Below, piece by piece: positions 56,968 through 64,000 of a DNA stretch of 64,000 nt. The notes under the pieces are model-generated. The model ran no database searches. It saw only the letters and a program-made list of their open reading frames with translations, and was not told the origin of the DNA. This DNA is from Blepharisma stoltei ATCC 30299. Lineage: Eukaryota > Protista > Ciliophora. The translations under genes and the position numbers were made by a program. How positions within the stretch are numbered: position 1 is the first letter of the stretch; every line of letters begins with the position of its first letter. Where the stretch lies: the NCBI GenBank assembly GCA_965603825.1, contig CBFDEM010000011.1:248001-312000 (forward strand). The letters are read 5' to 3'.

Positions 56968-57216
56968 TTAGTCAAACTGTGAAGAGCAGTCATTGTACTT
57001 TACTCTGCTAATAATAATTGTGTAAGATGTCCCTTTTATATTGTATTCAAAATGGTTATCTCAGCAAGAAAACCCTGATTTTTGGTCTGCCATTGGAGAT
57101 TTTATATATATGCTAGGTATTCGAGGATTGGAATTGAAGTATTGGAGAGAAGTATCAAGTTCATCTGCTTTGTTGAGCTTTGAGGTAGCCTTTCTTTTAG
57201 GAACTCCACATCCCAT
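56968..57216 (-). CDS. MGCG microprotein family, copy 4 (82 aa; missing from ORF track because of an internal TGA)
   Basis: MGCGVPKRKATSKLNKADELDTSLQYFNSNPRIPSIYIKSPMADQKSGFSCW(TGA)DNHFEYNIKGTSYTIIISRVKYNDCSSQFD*. Confidence 0.82.
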
Positions 57217-57234
57217 TGTAATTTTTTATTAATT

Positions 57235-57340
57235 TAATTCCATAAATTTTGAATAAATGCAAAATATTTATTAAAAAAAACTAGCCATTTATCAGAGTCA
57301 AATGTAAATTAAAATTTGAAAAATATGTGCTAATCAAAAT
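57235..57340 (-). promoter_or_regulatory. Upstream block of array copy 4, repeated at about 58865-58912 and 59103-59190
   Basis: Shared + strand CCATTTAT...AATTAAAATTTGAAAA...AATCAAAA blocks. Confidence 0.45.
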
Positions 57341-58559
57341 ATTTTAATTAAAATTCCCATAATTGATATTTCAATTAATAAATTTGTTGCATATTCATTG
57401 GGATTTTTCAATTTGCTTCTTTTTTCTATTTACATGATACACCTTTTAGTCAAATCCTAAAAATTTTTAATGCTTCAAAAATTCTTAAACTGTAGCTAAA
57501 TTTATATATATTTTCTTTTTTTCAGCATTGCCTTTATTGCTTAAATATTAATAAAAATGAGCTTATTTGAGACACTGACCATAGTTCTTAGCAAATTATC
57601 TTCTTACAACTTAAATATTGCTTTTAAGATCTTGCATTTATCTATATTAGCTATTTTCAGATTATTCTCAAGAAAACTATAGAGCACTTATTAAGCTTTT
57701 TTAAGAATGCATATATTTAATGATAATAGAGAAATTTACTTAATGGCTTAAGATATTTATTGACTAAATTAATTTCGAAAAAATTTTACTTTCTTCAAAT
57801 CCTATTTAGATATATTTTATTAACATGCGAGCAATCTGAGTTACGTGCAAAGCTGAGAAAAAAGTTGTTTAAAGAGCTAAGTCGCTAGAGGATCGACTAA
57901 AATGAGTTAAATTAAGTAATTATATATGCAATTCAAATTCTTGTTTTCACCAGCCTGCGTTATTATTCTCATTAAAGAGCATTTAAATTTTAGCTCAAAG
58001 CTTATTTTATTGACAACTGGAAGTTCTTTTATATAATTACAATCTATATACTAATAGAACATTTTCTTTAATTGGCATTTTAAAAGGCAAAAGCAGAATT
58101 GATATCCATAGCAACTCAGATGTAGAATCTTGATCTTAAAGAATTTTTTTAGATAACTGCTTAAACACCCAGATTAGGTTCCTCATCCTTTTTAATTTAT
58201 CTCTGGCACACAATTTTAATGCATCAATATTTTAAGACTATTTATGCACTCAAACTTCAGCTGGGAAATAAATTTTAATAGTTAGTCTCTTAAAGATCGG
58301 AATGTTTCACAAATTTTCCCATCTCAAATTTAAAATTAAATGCACCTTATCCACACATTGGAGTTTGAATTAAAATGGAGATTGATTTAGAGATTAAATA
58401 ATTTTAGATAAGCATTATAATAATTAAGCTATCATTGCTCAAAAAGCCTTTATATATATCAATCGTGAAAAATTTACTTTTTTAAAATTTAATTTATCAG
58501 AATATTTGCTAAATAATTCTAAAAATTAAATTTTAGTGATGGCACTAAGAGAAGTTGCT

Positions 58560-58781
58560 TTAATTCATGCAGCTAATTATTATTTGATAATTAGTCCCTT
58601 TTATGTTGTACTCATAATGGTTGTTTAAGCCAAAAAACTCTAAATTTTGATCTGAAATTGGAGGTTTTATATTGATGCTCGGCATTCGTGTATTGAAATT
58701 TATACTCCGTAGAGAAGTCTCACTTTCATCACCTTTATTAAACTTTGCAGGACACTTTTCTCTAGAAATTCCACATCCCAT
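58560..58781 (-). CDS. MGCG microprotein family, copy 5 (73 aa, C-terminally short)
   Basis: MGCGISRE...DESETSL...YEYNIKGTNYQIII; closest to copy 4. Confidence 0.8.
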   Translation of the reverse strand: MGCGISREKCPAKFNKGDESETSLRSINFNTRMPSINIKPPISDQNLEFFGLNNHYEYNIKGTNYQIIISCMN

Positions 58782-60111
58782 GGTTATTAAATGTTGTATA
58801 GATTATGACATTAAAATTTAATTTCAGAATTTTTGCACATCACAAAATATAAAAAATTAAATTATCCATTTATTTGAGAATTAAAATTTGAAAATTAAGT
58901 GAAAATCAAAATAATTCCTAATTAAAGCATCTTAAGGAACAATCCATTTCCAGAAATTTTTAATGTTTCATGCTATAGAAGCTTTGTAGCAGATTAATTA
59001 AAGAGCGAGCACTCCTTTGTGTGCCTACCCACTATAAGAAAACTGTTGGAAAAAATAATATGCAAGCAATCTTTACTAGTTTATAATTTAAGAACAATAG
59101 CAAATTCCATAAATTTTTTAATCAAAACAATAAAAAATCACCATTTATCTGATTAAATTAAAATTTGAAAATTAACAGTTAATCAAAAATTTCTTAGTCT
59201 AATTTTATGTTGGCAAAAGTTAATAAGTACGGACTGATATGAAATGCTAAAATATGACTTTCAAGAAATCAGTCAAAAACTTCGCTAAGCATGTTGAGTG
59301 CAAGAACAACAGACTATTAAAAAAGATAATTATTTTAATAACTTAAAACTAAAAATAAAGGGCTTTTAATATCTTTTTTATACAGAAATTCAAATATTAT
59401 AGGATTTTGTGCTAAAAATAAATAGCAAAGTTTACCATTTATTAGAAAAATTAAAAGTTAAACTATTTGATGTATAATTTACTGATACACCAATTAAAAT
59501 AATGAAGATAACTAAATAAGTGAGGATTTATAATGATATGAAAGTGTTATATTTTAAAGTTTTATTCAATTAAATTAATAACGGCACAAAAGTATGATAG
59601 TAAGGCAATTGATTAATGACTAAAAATAATTGAGCTATTAAGGACCTTGGATTATGAATTCAGGATCTGGACAATTTATTCGCCTATTTATTGGAATAGG
59701 ATTAAAATATAAAAATTAATCTCTCATTGCTGCTTAAGTTATATTTTTTAATTAATTGTTTACTAATTTTGTGAAGAAATAAAATCTACTCTCTAATTTG
59801 CTTTAATATTCCTTCAATTAAATAGGTTTTAATTTCTGTTGAATCAATTCAGCATATCACGATAATTTATTACTTAGTTAGAAACATGGTGAAAATTCAA
59901 AAAATTGAGTTAAATTCTCATTATAACCGAATTGAAGCCCAATCTTCTCTCATAATTTTAGAAACTGTTGGTTCTACTCAATTTCAAACAAAGACCCTCA
60001 AAGAGAAAAATCATGATAAAGTCTCGTAATTTTATCTTCACTATCAAATTTATTTGTTTTGTGTTAATTGCATTATCTAATATTTTAACTTTGGAATTAC
60101 ACTTGTCCAAT

Positions 60112-60336
60112 TTAGGAAAGCACTTGGGATAATTCTGGGCTCTTTATACAGCTAATAATTATTTTATAAGCCATACCATTTACGTTATATAAGAATTGTC
60201 CGTTCTCTTGTCGCTTGACTTTCTGCTCTGTGATTGAGGAATTATGATGAATATTAATATCTTGGAGAGAGGTATCTCCTTCCTCTATTTCATTTCGCTT
60301 CACTTTAAACATCTTTTGAGTAGCTCCACATCCCAT
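60112..60336 (-). CDS. MGCG microprotein family, copy 6 (74 aa)
   Basis: MGCGATQK...EEGDTSL...YNVNGMAYKIII...KSPELS. Confidence 0.85.
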   Translation of the reverse strand: MGCGATQKMFKVKRNEIEEGDTSLQDINIHHNSSITEQKVKRQENGQFLYNVNGMAYKIIISCIKSPELSQVLS

Positions 60337-61577
60337 GATTATTTATTTTATTATCTTAAAATATTCCATGCAAGATTTGGACTTATTATAATTACTGAAC
60401 CAGTAATATCTAATCATAATCAAAAGTTTATTGTCAATCAGTAAATACAGCCATTTTTTAAAAGGACAGGAAATCCATTTTGCCAAGAGCTTGAGTTTTT
60501 TAAATTATTTTTTAGATCATATCAACTGAAAAGAATTAAAAATTTTTAGTCAACAAAACTTTGATAATTGAAAATTAACAAAATTCTAGATTATTAAGAA
60601 TAATAGTACCTAAATAACGCACTTTATATCGATTTTAATGATGTGGTATATTTATTTAGCTGAGTACAGTGCTTGCAGTTTTATAATACATTGATCTGTT
60701 CTTTTTAAAGATGAAAATTAAAAGTAAAATTCACCTTTATGAGTAAAATATTATGTGATAATAGGTTTTAATTTTATATTTTATGCTGATTTTCTAATAA
60801 TTTTCTAAATTAATTTTATTATGTTTTTAATCTCCTTCTTTCAGATTTTTAAATAATTGGAAAATGAATTATAAGCTATATGGAGTTATAATATTATTGT
60901 TTAAAATTTAAACTTTAATTATTCGAATATTTTTTTAAGAATTTATTATTGTAAAAAAGCTAATAAATAGGTAAGATTTAAACGAACTTTATTATTAGAT
61001 TAAGTTCCATTAATTTTAAATAAATGACACATTTTCCATAATGCTTAAGTTAAATAGTCTCTACTATTAGGTAATCATCATTGATGATATGCATGTATTA
61101 GGCTCTATAATCATGATATAATTTAAATAATTTGGCTTAACTGGTTTCCTCAATTTTGGATATTCTCTTGAGAAAATATTATGCATGAGAATGCTTTTAA
61201 ATTTTAATGGCTTAATAACTAAAAATTATCAAATGGAATGCATATACAATTTTAGATGTTTACACCAATTCCCATCTTAAGCATTATTAGCTTCGAAATC
61301 AGCCATTTAATAGTAATTTTTACTCTAGTTAAGTAATTAAAAAAAGCAATTATCTAAGGTTTAAGTTTATATTTATCTAAATAGAAAATGATAGCTGCAG
61401 ATAAAAATTACGTTTTTGATGATCAGCTGCTGTTCCAAAAAAATCATTTTGAGTTTCTAATTTTGTTAAGCTAATTTAGATTGTAAATTATTTAAACAAG
61501 ACACAAGAATTAAACTTTTTTAAAATAGTTTAAATATAAATAAGGCTATTTACTATGCATATGCACATATATACATT

Positions 61578-61820
61578 TTAAGCAAATACCTGTGATGCAT
61601 CTGGTGTTCTCATATTGCTGACAATTATCTGATAAGTTGCCCCTTTTACTTTATATTCAAAGCTGCCTCGAGTTTCAGGTAGCTTTGTTTTGTAGTTAGC
61701 ATTTGGAGAATTGGCTTTGGTTTTTGGTGTGTAGCAGGTGAGGTCCTGCTGAAAGGCTTCGCTATTGTCTTCAAGGATAAGTTTTGGTTTGCAAATATTT
61801 TGAGAAATTCCACAACCCAT
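61578..61820 (-). CDS. MGCG microprotein family, copy 7 (80 aa)
   Basis: True start is MGCGISQN at 61820; YKVKGATYQIIV...RTPDAS; DTSL degenerate (EAFQ). Confidence 0.82.
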   Translation of the reverse strand: MGCGISQNICKPKLILEDNSEAFQQDLTCYTPKTKANSPNANYKTKLPETRGSFEYKVKGATYQIIVSNMRTPDASQVFA

Positions 61821-63657
61821 AGTTTTTATTATATAATTATAAAGTAAATAATAATAACCCAACAGATTTTAAGAATTTTACCATAAATATTATAAACTAA
61901 GTTCAAACACCAGCTGCTTGAAATACAGGAAAAAGCCATTTATATAATAAAGTTGAGAAAAAAACTCGATATTGAAACTAAATTTTTGAAGAATTAATCT
62001 ATTTGAAATATCCTAAATATTTTTGCAGCCAAATTACAGAAAATAGATTTTAAATTGTTTTTATAATTATTTCATTTACTTTTATATACATTATAATGGC
62101 AAAGACAATATCAAAACCTCTAGGCACAAAGAATTTGCATAAAATTTATTTTCACTAATTTTCCATTGAAAAATTTCTAATCAAGGGAGGAAACATTTTT
62201 TGGATTGCTAATAATAACAATCAATTTTATGATCAATCTATAATTACCTCATACATTTTTTAGCTTATTTTATTCGCCTTTTTTAATATACATTTGCATC
62301 GCGTCTGCAAAAAAAGCAAAAGTGCAAAATAAAGCAATTTGACATTTCTGAATTTTATTTAATTTTTTTTATATGCTATAGCAACTAGATTAATGATAAA
62401 GCTTAAAGAAGAGGAATAATAAAATAATAATTTTCCTTATCTTAGCACATATCCTTCTCAACACCCTAAATCCATTTTAAAAAAATGTACTTCTTTAATC
62501 TCAAATTATTTTTATTAGAGATTTTATAGAGAATTATACTTCAATCGCTCTCCATTTTACAGATTCTTTATTTAGCTTTATATTACAGTTATTTTAAATT
62601 CAAGGTCTTAGGTGGACTCAAAATAAATAGAATCATTAGTTTTAGCAAGATACATAATAAGCAGGTTTAAAGCATATAATAGAGCAGATCAATGAGTAGA
62701 ACTAACTAGCTGGCTCCCCTAAGTGTTTTAATAAAATTTAAGAAATGAAATAACTGATAAAACAAGATGACGTAAAAAGGTAACAACTCTTTAATCATAG
62801 CATCTTTAAGATTCAAAAATTCATTTGGATATTCTTGCTTGATAAATTTGCAGACGGACATCGCTCATAAGATTTTAGGCATTATCGGAAGGTTTTTCAA
62901 GAAACTTACACAGAATGCACCTTATTTAGTGGCCACTTTAATATGAATTAAGTAAAAAGGAAGCCAGATTAACCTTCAAGAAAGCCAAGAAAATTATGCT
63001 TGCACTTGAAAATAATCAAGAAAAGTTAATCCTTACTTAAAAACACTTAAAATTTAGATGAGCAAATAAAGAACTGAAATTAAATAAAATCACAGCAAAA
63101 ATAACAAATTTCTATAAATGCTGAGCAAGTTAGGACAATATTATCCAGTATATTTCAAGAAAAGGCTTATAGATAGCTGAGTTGTCCCATTTATAAAATT
63201 GATTTGAAGGAAAGAATCCCGAAGCAATGAGTCTAAAATAGGAGGATTTATTTACGTTTTATTACTTTTCATAAGCCAAATAAAGCTTGCTTTGTGAGAT
63301 TTAAAGGCAATTATTAATTTTGACATCATTTCCTTGTATTGAAAATCCACAATTTTTATGCTTTTTAACCCTTTTTACCAAAAATTTTTGATTTCTTAAT
63401 TTGAGTTTTTAGTATTAAAGCCATGGATATTGCATATTTGATAAGAAAATGGCAAATTCTCAAAATGCTTGATAATTAAGAAGCAATAAAAATCGAACTT
63501 CCATTTTTGAGCTGTTTCTCATTGTCAATATACAAAAGTTCTGAGTTATTTGCAAAATCTCCAAATTCCTCTTAAACTTATCTAAAAGCGTTTCCATTTA
63601 AAATCTGTAACTTATAATTAAACATTTTAAGAATTAGATTATCGTGCAGCTTATAAT

Positions 63658-63882
63658 TTATTTAAATACAAGTGACTGATCTGGACTTATCACATCTTTT
63701 ACAACGATTTTATATGCCGTTCCTTTTACATCATAAGAAAACTTGCCACTTTCTTGCTGGTTTATAATGAACTTTACAGTAGAGGTAATGATAGTGTTTA
63801 CATAAATTCCATGAAAAGAAGTATCAACTTCTTCTGGACTTCGCTTTCCTTTTGAAAGTTTTTGGGAAATGTTGCAACCCAT
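63658..63882 (-). CDS. MGCG microprotein family, copy 8 (74 aa)
   Basis: MGCNISQK...EEVDTSF...YDVKGTAYKIVV...ISPDQS. Confidence 0.83.
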   Translation of the reverse strand: MGCNISQKLSKGKRSPEEVDTSFHGIYVNTIITSTVKFIINQQESGKFSYDVKGTAYKIVVKDVISPDQSLVFK

Positions 63883-64000
63883 CAAATTTTTATATTTATT
63901 ATATTAATTAATAGCTAATCAGATAATTATAATATTTAGGCTAATTAAGGTTTCAGAAGTGGAAAATTTAATCGGTTTTAGCTGTTTAATCAATTGATCA

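Larger units (their letters stand above)
52980..63882 (-). repeat. Tandem gene array of 8 divergent paralogs, unit about 1.1-2.1 kb
   Basis: Start codons at 53207, 54351, 55889, 57216, 58781, 60336, 61820 and 63882, all on the minus strand. Confidence 0.88.

Noticed and set aside
53038-60444. Plus-strand ORFs overlapping array genes (53038, 54287, 57041, 60244)
   Set aside because: Antisense shadows of the MGCG genes with no shared start, length or stop.
62800-62960. Slightly GC-richer coding-like patches in spacers (also about 53400-53600)
   Set aside because: No start codon context, short, and no similarity to the array family or known motifs.
52980-63882. Array as a CRISPR array, transposon/MITE series or satellite
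   Set aside because: Similarity is at protein-motif level; there are no identical direct repeats, terminal inverted repeats or transposase.
1-64000. Telomeric repeats (e.g. CCCTAACA), IESs, tRNA/rRNA genes
   Set aside because: None recognised by eye, and genes are uninterrupted except for tiny introns. A tRNAscan/Infernal run and germline read mapping would be needed to exclude them.

Overview
AT-rich, very gene-dense eukaryotic DNA, most consistent with the somatic (macronuclear) genome of a heterotrich ciliate such as Blepharisma (inference). Two features read directly from the sequence explain why the supplied ORF track is fragmented. First, TGA encodes Trp while TAA/TAG are stops: TGA aligns with TGG in a paralog pair and falls on conserved Trp of several families. 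Second, introns are only 15-16 nt long (GT...AG, branch A usually 6 nt from the 3' end). Re-reading with these rules gives about 33 genes over 1-52.2 kb, including an ERGIC3-like gene, two tandem acid lipases, LITAF, ISCU, an RNASEK/V-ATPase f-like gene, PP2C, BRCT-PolX, a PH-CAMK kinase, Kelch, importin-5, Rab8, GDPD, LRR, FYVE, RIO2, a dCache-HAMP sensor, UPF2, DONSON, CCDC81, CFAP58, DTWD2, MON2, PSMB2, an RB-like pocket protein, YjbQ, SSNA1, FHA and DUSP. The last ~11 kb differ: a head-to-tail array of at least eight divergent, intronless 73-82 aa microprotein genes. They start MGC(G/N) (predicted dual acylation), carry a fixed-position D-T-S-L motif and a conserved C-terminal Y-x-[IV]-x-G-x-x-Y-x-I motif, and are separated by long spacers. 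I do not recognise this family; it is the best candidate for an undescribed system. The second notable item is an apparently obligatory non-canonical 16-nt GT-GG intron in the NMD factor UPF2. No tRNA, rRNA, transposon, CRISPR array or telomere repeat was recognised.
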